Shown piece after piece: positions 40,486 to 49,097 of a DNA stretch of 64,000 bases (position 1 is the first letter of the stretch; every line of letters starts with the position of its first letter). The stretch is taken from positions 15,524-79,523 of the forward strand of contig JBEQUE010000144.1 in assembly GCA_040349255.1 (NCBI GenBank), in the 5' to 3' direction. The notes under the pieces were generated by a model, which saw only the letters and a program-made list of their open reading frames with translations, was not told the origin of the DNA and did not search any database. Both the position numbers and the translations under genes were made by a program. The stretch is from Acidobacteriota bacterium (GTDB lineage Bacteria; Acidobacteriota; Thermoanaerobaculia; Multivoradales; UBA5704).

Positions 40486-41445
40486 CTACGGCATCCGGCC
40501 TTCCAGGATAGCGCAGAGCTTCGCGGCGTCCAGGTTGCCGCCGGAGACCACGCAGACCACCTTCCCGCCCTGCGGAAGGGTGGTGAGCGCGGCGGCCACC
40601 GAGGCGGCGCCGGCGCCCTCGGCGATGACCCGGTGGCGCTCGGCGAGCAGGCGGATGGCGTCCGCCACCGCCTCCAGGGAGACGATGCAGGCCCCGGCGA
40701 GCAGACGGTCCACGAGCGGCCACATCTCGGGCAGGAGGCTCCTGCCGCCGATGCCGTCCACGAAGCTCGGCTGGTAGTCCACGGTCTGCGGCGAGCCTTC
40801 GCCCAGCGATTCGGACAGCGGCGTGGCCGTCGAGACCTCGCAGCCGAGCACCTGGACCTCCGGCCGGAGAGCGGCGAGCGCCGCGGCGATGCCGCAGGAG
40901 AGCCCGCCGCCGCCGAACGGGACGAGGACGGTGTCCACGTCGGGCAGGTCCTCGAGGATCTCCAGCGCGATGGTGCCGTTGCCGGCCATCACCGCCCGGT
41001 CCGCCACCGGGTGGATGAAGAGGCCGTCGAGCCCGGGATAGGAGTGCTCGACGAGCACGTCCCACCAGCGGTCGAACGGCACCTTGATCACCTGGCCGCC
41101 CAGGCGCTCGATCGCCGCCAGCTTGGTGGCCGGCGCGTGGTCCGGCACGACGACGGACGCCGGCACGCCCATCTCCCGGGCGCTCCAGGCCACGCCCTGC
41201 GCCATGTTGCCGGCGCTCGCCGTGTAGACGCCGTCCCGGAGCGTCTCCGGGTCGGCCAGGCGCATGGCGTTGGTGGCGCCGCGCAGCTTGAACGAGCCGA
41301 TCGGCTGGAGGTTCTCCAGCTTGAGCCAGATCTCGATCGGAGAGTCCGCATTCAGGCGGACGAGCGGCGTGCGCACCGTGACCCCGGCCAGGCGCTCGCG
41401 CGCGGCGCGGATCTCGTCGAGGGTGGGAGCTTCCAGGGCGGTCAT
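40486..41445 (-). CDS. PLP-dependent threonine/serine dehydratase-family enzyme
   Basis: IGSFKLRGA PLP-lysine motif. GGGGLSCG glycine-rich loop. Confidence 0.85.
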   Translation of the reverse strand: MTALEAPTLDEIRAARERLAGVTVRTPLVRLNADSPIEIWLKLENLQPIGSFKLRGATNAMRLADPETLRDGVYTASAGNMAQGVAWSAREMGVPASVVVPDHAPATKLAAIERLGGQVIKVPFDRWWDVLVEHSYPGLDGLFIHPVADRAVMAGNGTIALEILEDLPDVDTVLVPFGGGGLSCGIAAALAALRPEVQVLGCEVSTATPLSESLGEGSPQTVDYQPSFVDGIGGRSLLPEMWPLVDRLLAGACIVSLEAVADAIRLLAERHRVIAEGAGAASVAAALTTLPQGGKVVCVVSGGNLDAAKLCAILEGRMP

Positions 41446-41489
41446 CCGCCGGAGCTTACCTGAAACCCGTTTCGTTATACTCCCCGGCC

Positions 41490-43919
41490 ATGCCGCAGCC
41501 CCGACCGTCCAGCAGCGGACCGCTGATCGCCGCCGTCGCCTACGCCAACCTGGTGTCGCTCGCGGCCCAGGTGATCTGGGTGCGCAAGGTCACCCTCCTC
41601 TTCGGCGCCACGGCCGGGGTGTTCGCCAGCGTGCTGGCGGTGGTGCTCGCCGGCCTCGCCTGCGGCGCGGCCTGGGGCGGCCGGCGAGCGGCCTCCACCC
41701 TCCAAGACACTCGGCCGGAGCGGCTGCTCGCCATCCTCCTGGTAGCGCTCGGCGCGCTCTGCGCCGCGAGCCTGCCGCTGCTCGACGCGGCGCGCTCGCT
41801 CTTCCTGGCGCTGGGCCCCGAGGGCCTGGAGCCCGCGGCCCGCGCCGCGGTGCGGATCCCGTTCGTGGCGCTCGTGCTCCTGCCGCCGACCTTCGCGATC
41901 GGCGCCATCCTGCCGCTCGCCACCCAGCTCTACAGCCGGGTCTCGGCGGGCGCGGTGGCGGCGCTCTACGCGGCGGACACGCTCGGCGCCGCGGTCGGCG
42001 CCCTGGTCGGCGGCTTCCTCCTGGTGCCGCAGCTCGGCCTGAGCGTCTCCACCTGGCTCCTGGGAGCCGGAGCGCTGGCGCTCGCGGCGCTCCTCTGGCA
42101 GAGCGCTCCTCTCCCGTTGCCCGCCAAGACCGCGGCCCCCGAGACGCCGTTGGCCGGCCGCAAGAAGAAAGCCGCGAAGGTGGTCGCCGCCCCGACTGCG
42201 CCGGCCGAGCTCGGGACCGGGGCCCGGCGGGCCGTGCTGGTCTCCTTCTTCCTGACCGGCGGCGCCGCGCTCCTCCTGGAGACCGGCTGGAACCGGTTCT
42301 TCTATCTCCTGAACGGCACCAGCATCTTCTCTCTCAGCACGGTCCTCGCCGGCTTCCTGACCGGCATCGGCCTCGGCAGCGCGCTCGTGCGGCGGCGTCT
42401 GGAGCGCGGCGGCGACGTCCCGGCCCTGGTCGCCTTCCTCCAGGCCCTGGTCGCGCTCGGCGGCATCCTGGTCTTCCGCGCCCGCGAGCTGTTCGAGCGC
42501 ACCTACCTGGCGATCTACGAGGCGTCCGCGAGCCACGCCGCGTTCCAGCTCAAGATCTACGTCGCGGTCTTCGCCCTGGTCGCGCTGGCCACGCTGGCGA
42601 TGGGCGCGAACTTCCCGGCCGTCGTGCGCCTGCTCGCGCCGCGGCGGGACGAGGAGGCGCGCGCGCTCGGCCGGGTCTACTTCATCAACACCGCCGGCGC
42701 GGTCGCCGGGGCCCTGGCCGGCGAGTTCCTGATCCTGCCGCGCCTCGGGTTCGACGGCCTGCTCGCCACCGTGACGCTGATCTACCTGGGCAGCGCCGCG
42801 CTGTTCTTCAGCCTCGCGGCGCCGGCGGCCCGGCGCTCCGCGGCGCTGCCGGTCGGCGCCGCGGCCCTGGCGGCGCTCCTGATCACGCCGCCCTTGCGCG
42901 CCTACGAGCCGCCCTGGAACGCCGTCTACTACAGCGGCGTGCGCCAGGGCACGTACTCGAAATACCAGATCCTCAACAACGCCCACACCGTGGTCTTCCG
43001 GCGCCAGGGCTTCTACGGCCAGGTGACGGTCAGCCAGACCCTGACCGAGCTCTACCTCAAGCACAACGGCAAGACCGACGCCTCGACGAACGTGGTCGAC
43101 AGCTTCGCCCAGTACCTGCTCGGGCACGTGCCGCTGCTCCTCCATCCGAAGCCGGACAGGGTGGTCAACATCGGCCTCGGCGGCGGGATCACGCTGGGCG
43201 CGATCACCGCGCACCCGGAGCCGAAGGAGATCGTGCAGGTCGAGCTCGACCCGCTGGTCGTCGAGGCCACCCGCACCTGGTTCGGAGAGGCCAACCATCA
43301 CGCGCTCGACGACCCGCGCGTCCATCTGGCCGTGGACGACGGCCGGAGCTTCATCGAACGGAGTATCGGCCGGGGGGACCGGTTCGACGTGATCATCAGC
43401 GAGCCGCCGAACCTCTGGGTCTCGGGCGTCTCGGGGCTGTTCACGACCGAGTTCTACCGCGCCGCCCGGGCGCGCCTGAATCCCGGCGGCCTCCTCTGCC
43501 AGTGGCTGCCGCTCTACGAGCTCGGCGAGGAGGACTTCGCGACCGCGCTCGCCACCATGGGCACGCAGTTCAAGCACCTCGCCGGCTGGACGAACGGCTC
43601 GGTGGCGGTGATCGTGGCCTCGAACGAGCCGCTGCCGCTCCAGGGTCCGCACCCGTCCGCCGCCGAGCTCCCGCCGCCGCCGTCGGTCATCGCGACCGAT
43701 CTCCAGAACGCCGGCGTGCTGCCATGGCAGGTGGAGTCGTTCCTCTCGCAGCCCGACCTCGACGCCGCGGCCATCGCGAAGCTCCAGGCCGAGGCCCCCG
43801 ACCTGAACCGCGACGACCGCCCGGTCCTGGAGTTCCGCACGGCGCGCAATCTCTTCCGCCTCACCAAGCCGGGCGCGGACGCGGGCTGGAGGGCCCGGCT
43901 GCCGCGCGCGCGGGAGTGA
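41490..43919 (+). CDS. Fused polytopic membrane (MFS-like) / spermidine-synthase-like aminopropyltransferase protein
   Basis: ~12 TM helices followed by VVNIGLGGG...DVIISEPP...GGLLCQW (SpeE fold). Confidence 0.8.
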   Translation: MPQPRPSSSGPLIAAVAYANLVSLAAQVIWVRKVTLLFGATAGVFASVLAVVLAGLACGAAWGGRRAASTLQDTRPERLLAILLVALGALCAASLPLLDAARSLFLALGPEGLEPAARAAVRIPFVALVLLPPTFAIGAILPLATQLYSRVSAGAVAALYAADTLGAAVGALVGGFLLVPQLGLSVSTWLLGAGALALAALLWQSAPLPLPAKTAAPETPLAGRKKKAAKVVAAPTAPAELGTGARRAVLVSFFLTGGAALLLETGWNRFFYLLNGTSIFSLSTVLAGFLTGIGLGSALVRRRLERGGDVPALVAFLQALVALGGILVFRARELFERTYLAIYEASASHAAFQLKIYVAVFALVALATLAMGANFPAVVRLLAPRRDEEARALGRVYFINTAGAVAGALAGEFLILPRLGFDGLLATVTLIYLGSAALFFSLAAPAARRSAALPVGAAALAALLITPPLRAYEPPWNAVYYSGVRQGTYSKYQILNNAHTVVFRRQGFYGQVTVSQTLTELYLKHNGKTDASTNVVDSFAQYLLGHVPLLLHPKPDRVVNIGLGGGITLGAITAHPEPKEIVQVELDPLVVEATRTWFGEANHHALDDPRVHLAVDDGRSFIERSIGRGDRFDVIISEPPNLWVSGVSGLFTTEFYRAARARLNPGGLLCQWLPLYELGEEDFATALATMGTQFKHLAGWTNGSVAVIVASNEPLPLQGPHPSAAELPPPPSVIATDLQNAGVLPWQVESFLSQPDLDAAAIAKLQAEAPDLNRDDRPVLEFRTARNLFRLTKPGADAGWRARLPRARE

Positions 43920-43947
43920 GAGGAACACCCGGCAAGCGGGCAGCGCC

Positions 43948-44253
43948 ATGAAGAAGCTACGTATCTACATCGACACGTCCGTGATCGGAGGCTGCTTTGA
44001 CGCCGAGTTTTCACAATGGCCGAACAGCCTGATGCAGGATTTCGCGGCGGGCACATTCATTCCCATTGTCTCGGACGTGCTGGCCGCCGAGATCCAGGAC
44101 GCACCGGAGGCTGTTCGCCAGGAGTACGACCATCTCATCAGCAGCGAACACGAGCTCATGCTTGTCACGGAAGCTGGAGCTGGGCTACAAGCCGCTGCAG
44201 ATCTACTCACCGCGGGAAGTTACGAAGGCGGAAGGAGATTAGCTCGTGAGTGA
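43948..44253 (+). CDS. Hypothetical protein (weak PIN-like N-terminus IYIDTSVI)
   Basis: 101-aa ORF, 28 nt after the upstream stop. Confidence 0.4.
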   Translation: MKKLRIYIDTSVIGGCFDAEFSQWPNSLMQDFAAGTFIPIVSDVLAAEIQDAPEAVRQEYDHLISSEHELMLVTEAGAGLQAAADLLTAGSYEGGRRLARE

Positions 44254-44443
44254 TGCTGCTATTCGAGCCGTTGAAATGGTGCGCACCATCCGTGAGGCGC
44301 ACTACGAACAGCTCAAGGAGCTGTCTCCGCAGGAGAAAATCGCGTTCTTCCGGGAAAAGGCAAGACGGCTGCACGCCGAGTTGGGAAAGCCCGAAGAGCT
44401 TCTGGCCCGCGCCAGCCAGGGAGCTGAGGCTCACTTCGGATAG
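44246..44443 (+). CDS. Hypothetical small protein
   Basis: 65-aa ORF overlapping the previous gene by 8 nt. Confidence 0.35.
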   Translation: MSDAAIRAVEMVRTIREAHYEQLKELSPQEKIAFFREKARRLHAELGKPEELLARASQGAEAHFG

Positions 44444-46032
44444 GTCGCGACGAAGTACGCGTAGGTCTTCGGGCGGATGGCCTTGAGCAGGTCCGGGTCC
44501 ACGTAGTAGAGCGCGAAGCTCTCGGCGAACAGCTCGTCCCAGCTCTTCTCGCCGTACCTGGTGACGCCGCCGGAGACGATCTCCTTGCTGTCGTCCTTGA
44601 CGGACAGCCCGTCTTGGATCGCGGCCTCGCGGAACGAGCCCTTGGGGGCTCCGCCCGTCCGGGTGCTCGTGTACTGGTTGGCCTTGCCCGCCACCTTGAT
44701 CCAGGCCTCGCCGGTGCGCGACCGAGCCCGCAGCACCTTCGCCTCGTCCAGGTCCTTCACGAACTTCGCCCAGGCGGCGTTCAGCGGCGCGTCGTCGGCG
44801 ATGTGTCCCAGCTCGTGCGCCACCACGACCTCCAGCCAGGTGGACTGCCCGAAACGGGTGGTCGACGAGGCGAAGGCGGTATCGAAGAGCCGGATGGTCT
44901 TGTCCCTCGGATTGGTCTCCCCCGACCGTTCCGGGCTGCAGGTCTTCGCCTCCAACTCGGCCTCCGTGCACACTTTCTTCGCCTCGCGGAGGAACTTCAC
45001 GCCGCTCGCGTGCTTGAGGGCGGAGTCCGGCAGCGCCGCCAGGGCGGACTCGACCGCGCTCCACTCGGTCGCCTTCCAGCCGGGCCCGCGCTTGAATTTG
45101 ACCTTGCGGATCTCCGCCTTGCCCTCGTCGAGGATGCGCGGCGAGGGCTCGGGAGCTCCGATGCCCAGCACCAGTTTCCGGCACGCGTCCAGGCCCGCGC
45201 CGAGCCCCCGGCAGTCGCGCATCCCGCGGGCCTCCCGGACCGGCAACGGCCCCTGCGCCTGGGAGAAGGGGCCGGGGAAGGCTTCCCAGAGCGGCTTCGG
45301 CGGGCGCGGCGCGACGCCGCTCTCCTCGACGAGCCAGAGCTCGAGGGGCAGGCCGTTCTTCCCCTTCAGCGGCCGGTCGACGCGCGTGAACCGGTAGGCC
45401 CGCTCCACGGTCGTGATCGCCAGCTCGATGGCGGCGTTCCGCGGCAGGAAGGCCTCTCCGGTGTCGCTGATCTCCGTGAGGTAGATCGCGACGTTCCGGA
45501 GCCCGTCCTGCAGCCCCGCGTCGATCGACGCCCCGAAGCGGACGGTCGTGCCTGCGGGAAGCTCGAGCTTCTCCTTGTCCAGGAAGAGCTTCTCGATGTT
45601 CTTCTGCACGCCCGCGGTGAATTGAGCCGTCTCGAGCCGCAGGGTCTTCGCCTCGGGGACGGATTCGAGCTCGCTGTCGAGTTGGAGGGCGGCGCGGCCC
45701 GACCGCGCCTGCTGGACCACGTGGGCCAGCTCGTGGGCGACGAGGTTCCTGCCGGCCGCCGAGGCCGCGTCGTACCGGCCGGGGCCGAACACGATGTCCT
45801 GGCCCAGGGTATAGGCGCGGGCCTGGACGGCGGCGGCCGAGGCGGCGGCCCGGCCATCGGTGTGCACCCGGACCTTGCCGAAGTCGTGACCGAAACGGGG
45901 CTCGAAATCGGCGCGCAGGCCGGCGTCGAGAGGCTGTCCGGGCGAGCGCAGGGCCTCCTCGGCCCAGGCCGGGACCGGCTCGGACGGCTCCGGCACGGAC
46001 CGGAGCCCGGCTGCGGGCTGCCCGCGGGTCAC
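44431..46032 (-). CDS. DUF4157 zincin-like metallopeptidase-domain protein with a second HExxH motif
   Basis: GQPLDAGLRADFEPRFGHDFGKVRVHTDGRAAASAAAVQARAYTLGQDIVFG...HELAHVVQQ. Later VVAHELGHIADD. Confidence 0.8.
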   Translation of the reverse strand: MTRGQPAAGLRSVPEPSEPVPAWAEEALRSPGQPLDAGLRADFEPRFGHDFGKVRVHTDGRAAASAAAVQARAYTLGQDIVFGPGRYDAASAAGRNLVAHELAHVVQQARSGRAALQLDSELESVPEAKTLRLETAQFTAGVQKNIEKLFLDKEKLELPAGTTVRFGASIDAGLQDGLRNVAIYLTEISDTGEAFLPRNAAIELAITTVERAYRFTRVDRPLKGKNGLPLELWLVEESGVAPRPPKPLWEAFPGPFSQAQGPLPVREARGMRDCRGLGAGLDACRKLVLGIGAPEPSPRILDEGKAEIRKVKFKRGPGWKATEWSAVESALAALPDSALKHASGVKFLREAKKVCTEAELEAKTCSPERSGETNPRDKTIRLFDTAFASSTTRFGQSTWLEVVVAHELGHIADDAPLNAAWAKFVKDLDEAKVLRARSRTGEAWIKVAGKANQYTSTRTGGAPKGSFREAAIQDGLSVKDDSKEIVSGGVTRYGEKSWDELFAESFALYYVDPDLLKAIRPKTYAYFVATYPK

Positions 46033-46157
46033 CCGGCCGGCGGCCTGGCGGGCTTCGCGCTCTCCGGCAGCGCGCGCGGCGGACCGTTGGACCCGAAGCG
46101 CGCTCAGGGAGCTCCCCTCATCGTCATGCCTTCATGAGGCTCCAGACGGCGTGGACC

Positions 46158-46523
46158 TCAGAGGGTCTGCGCCGCTCCGAGCTCCCGAAGGATGGTCCGG
46201 GAGACCGGGATGCCGAAGGCGTCGAGCCTGTCGCGCACGCGCTTGTCCAGCTCCGCGAGCATCGACTCCTCGCTCGCCGCCGCGACCAGCATCTCCGACA
46301 GGAAGCGGATCTGCCAGCGGTAGCGGTCGGCCCGATCGCCGGCCTGCTGCTTCAGGAGACGATGCTCCAGCCGAAAGGCGCCCACGGGCCGCCAGGTCAG
46401 CTCGAAGTGAGGCAGGACGTCCTTGAGGAGATGCGCTTCGAACGCCTCTTCCTTCACCCCGGGAAGGAGCGCGATCGAGTACTCGCAGACATGTTCCGCC
46501 AGATCGCCGTCTTTCGTCGCCAT
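46158..46523 (-). CDS. Hypothetical protein
   Basis: ORF with an internal ATG (MATKDGDLAEHV...). Confidence 0.45.
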   Translation of the reverse strand: MATKDGDLAEHVCEYSIALLPGVKEEAFEAHLLKDVLPHFELTWRPVGAFRLEHRLLKQQAGDRADRYRWQIRFLSEMLVAAASEESMLAELDKRVRDRLDAFGIPVSRTILRELGAAQTL

Positions 46524-46597
46524 GGCAAACCTCCTGTCCACGAGGCGACGGCGGGCTCGCCTTTGTTACGGTTCCGCTGAAATCTGGAGCGGGTTGC

Positions 46598-46852
46598 GTG
46601 GTCACGGGCTTATGGTATCCTTCGGGCATGACGGTCAAAGCTCGCGTTCACAAAGGTCGGCTCCTGTTGGATGAGCCGACGCAACTTCCTGAAGGGGCGA
46701 TCGTTGATCTCCTGCCCCTGGATCCGGGAGACTGGCTCGACCCTGCTGATCGCGCCGCTCTGCACCAGGCCCTTGTCGCTTCTCAGGAAGACGTTGCGGC
46801 TGGCCGGCTGATCGATGCCGAAGAGGTTCTGAAAGAACTGCGCGCATCGTGA
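46598..46852 (+). CDS. Hypothetical small protein (possible antitoxin-like)
   Basis: 84-aa ORF. No confident motif. Confidence 0.35.
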   Translation: MVTGLWYPSGMTVKARVHKGRLLLDEPTQLPEGAIVDLLPLDPGDWLDPADRAALHQALVASQEDVAAGRLIDAEEVLKELRAS

Positions 46853-47216
46853 CGCGCCGCAAGGTCCGTTTCACGGCAACGGCCCGGCCTGTGGCATGCC
46901 CGGCGCGGCTCCGGACCCGATTTCCGGACGATCGGCTGATCGTTGCGGACCTGCGGCCGGAGTTGGCGGATCACCGGCCAGGGTTTGCGGGTTCCCGCCA
47001 GGGCCGGCCGACGATCGGCCAGAGTGAGCGGATCCTCGGCTGGAACCAGCCGGTCGTCGGCCAGGATTGGCGAGTGATCAGCTGACCTCAGCGGGTCCTC
47101 GGCCGAGACTGGCGGTTGCTGGCTGGCACTGGCCGAAGGTCGGCCGGAGCCGGCCGGCGGTCGGCGCCCTCCGGCGGATCCTCGGCGAGGCGGTGCCGAA
47201 GGAGCGCCAGCGCGCC

Positions 47217-47840
47217 TCAGGGCGTCCCGTCCGGCAGCAGCTCCTTCACCGGCTTGCCGTCGGCGTCCAGGACCGTGATCCGGGTCCTGCCGTCGGCCGC
47301 GACCTGCATGAGCAGGCGCTTGCGGCCGGCGGCGTCGTGGAGCGCCAGGGTGGCGGCGCCGTCCTTGCCGTGCCCGAGCCAGATGCGCCGGTTGACCTCG
47401 GTGCCCGACGGGCTGTCGGAGACCGCCAGGCCCACGATCTTGTCCTCCTGGTCGTCCACGCCGAGAAGCTGGACGATCTGGTTGGCGCCGTACCGGTCGA
47501 ACGAGAGGCTTCCTCCGGAGTCCCGGATCTCCCCCTTCTCGTTCTTCCGCCCGCCGAAGATCAGGCCGCCGATCTCGGAGCCCTCGTCGTTCAGGAAGAG
47601 CAGACCGGCCTGAGGCCGTTCGAGCCGCTTCTCCTGGCCCTGCACGAGGACGCCCGGCAACCGAGCATGGTTCGAGATGACGAGACGGGGCGTCCCGTCG
47701 GGCTCGACGATGTTGATGCGCTGAACGTTGATCTCGTCGAATGTCTTCGCCCGCGGCGCCGCGGCGTAGAGCACCGTGGCGACGAAGACGGCGGTCAAGG
47801 CTCCTGAGTAGAACACGAGGAAGCGTTGGGCTTTCGGCAT
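47217..47840 (-). CDS. Membrane-anchored hypothetical protein
   Basis: N-terminal TM FLVFYSGALTAVFVATVLYAA. 207 aa. Confidence 0.6.
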   Translation of the reverse strand: MPKAQRFLVFYSGALTAVFVATVLYAAAPRAKTFDEINVQRINIVEPDGTPRLVISNHARLPGVLVQGQEKRLERPQAGLLFLNDEGSEIGGLIFGGRKNEKGEIRDSGGSLSFDRYGANQIVQLLGVDDQEDKIVGLAVSDSPSGTEVNRRIWLGHGKDGAATLALHDAAGRKRLLMQVAADGRTRITVLDADGKPVKELLPDGTP

Positions 47841-47870
47841 GGTCGTGGTACGCCCGGTGCGGGAGAAAGT

Positions 47871-49097
47871 TCAAGGACAGGCCAGGTCCCCCAGCAACTC
47901 GCCCAGGACCGCCTCCTCTTCCACGGCGACGCCGGCCTCGGCCATCGCCGGGGCCAGCTCGGGGTCCCAGGCCGCCTCGACCGGCCGGGTCCGCAGCTCG
48001 TAGCCCTCCTTCGGCGCCGCCCGATATTCGGCGGCGGTGAAGCGCCAGGGCTGAAAGGGGATCGCTTCCAGGATGCGATTCGCGATCCTCAGGCCGTCCC
48101 AGTCGAAGTCGCCGTGGTAGAGGATCCCGGATCGGCGGGCGAGCTTGCCGAGCAGAGTCAACACGGCATGGTTCGGATATCCGCCGGTGCAGACCAGCGG
48201 CGGACAGGCCGCCCCGAGACGATCCGCGGCGGCAGCCACGACGACCGGGTTCTCGCAGACGTAGACCCGGGGCGCCGACGGCAGGATGAAATCCCAGCCG
48301 ACGAGCTGCCGCAGGGTCAGCCTCACCGGCTCTCCCGCTTCCGCGAAACGGCGGACGCCCTCCCCGATCAGGCCGCCTTCGAGCGGCGCGAGGCCCAGGG
48401 TCAGCACATCGCAGCTCAGGTCGTTCTCGACGACTCCGGCCCGGTTCCAGAGATCCCGGCGCTCGGCGGAGCTTCGCGGCGGCGGCCGGTCGGCCACCGC
48501 GGCCAGTCCGCGCAGCACGAGCGTGGCGACCGGCCGGCCCGGGTCCAGGCCGTGACTCGTGCCGAGCACCTCGTTGGCCAGCACCGGCAGGCGGATGCCG
48601 TCCGGACGCCGGGACAGGAACAGGAGGACGGCGAGCGCCTGCTCCAGGAGCAGATCCTCCCGGCCCGGCCCGAGCCGTCTCAGCAGCCCGGTGGTGCGGA
48701 GATCCGCGAGCCAGGCGCGGAGGGCGGGCCAGACCGCCAGGACGGGATGGGCTTCGGCCTTCTCCCAGAGCGCCGCCCATCGGACCCGCTCCTGCTCGCG
48801 CTCGCCCGGCAGGTCCCGCAGCGGGCCGTCGAGGATCTCCATCGCGGTCCGCAGGTCGATGCCGAAGCGGGATTCCCGGAGCGCGCGGTCCAGACGGTCG
48901 AGGGGGACGCGCAGCTCTCCCTCCGGCAGCGTAGGAAGGCCGAGAAGATCGGCCAGGGCGCGGCGCTCGTCCTCCTCCAGGCCCTCCAGCCGCACGGTCC
49001 CTCGCGCTCCGCCGAGGCGTTCCAGCCGGTCCCGGACCTCCGGCCAGAGCCGGCGGAGGCCGGGGCGGGAGAGGAAGAGGAGAGCCTCGTCGTTCAT
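47871..49097 (-). CDS. jetD: Wadjet JetD-like (TIGR02679/DUF2220) Toprim-domain nuclease
   Basis: C-terminal VYVCENPVVV...HGDFDWDGLRIAN (Toprim E and DxD). ATGA overlap with the jetC stop. The start is taken at an internal ATG (49097). Confidence 0.8.
   Translation of the reverse strand: MNDEALLFLSRPGLRRLWPEVRDRLERLGGARGTVRLEGLEEDERRALADLLGLPTLPEGELRVPLDRLDRALRESRFGIDLRTAMEILDGPLRDLPGEREQERVRWAALWEKAEAHPVLAVWPALRAWLADLRTTGLLRRLGPGREDLLLEQALAVLLFLSRRPDGIRLPVLANEVLGTSHGLDPGRPVATLVLRGLAAVADRPPPRSSAERRDLWNRAGVVENDLSCDVLTLGLAPLEGGLIGEGVRRFAEAGEPVRLTLRQLVGWDFILPSAPRVYVCENPVVVAAAADRLGAACPPLVCTGGYPNHAVLTLLGKLARRSGILYHGDFDWDGLRIANRILEAIPFQPWRFTAAEYRAAPKEGYELRTRPVEAAWDPELAPAMAEAGVAVEEEAVLGELLGDLACP

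Noticed and set aside
41264-43951. 895-aa plus ORF (other frame) and 824-aa minus ORF (41475-43949) over the MFS/spermidine synthase gene
   Set aside because: Only frame 41490-43919 gives TM helices plus the SpeE motifs.
43948-44253. Calling the 101-aa ORF a PIN-domain toxin
   Set aside because: Only a weak N-terminal resemblance (IYIDTSVI). It is too short and lacks the later acidic motifs, so it is kept as hypothetical.
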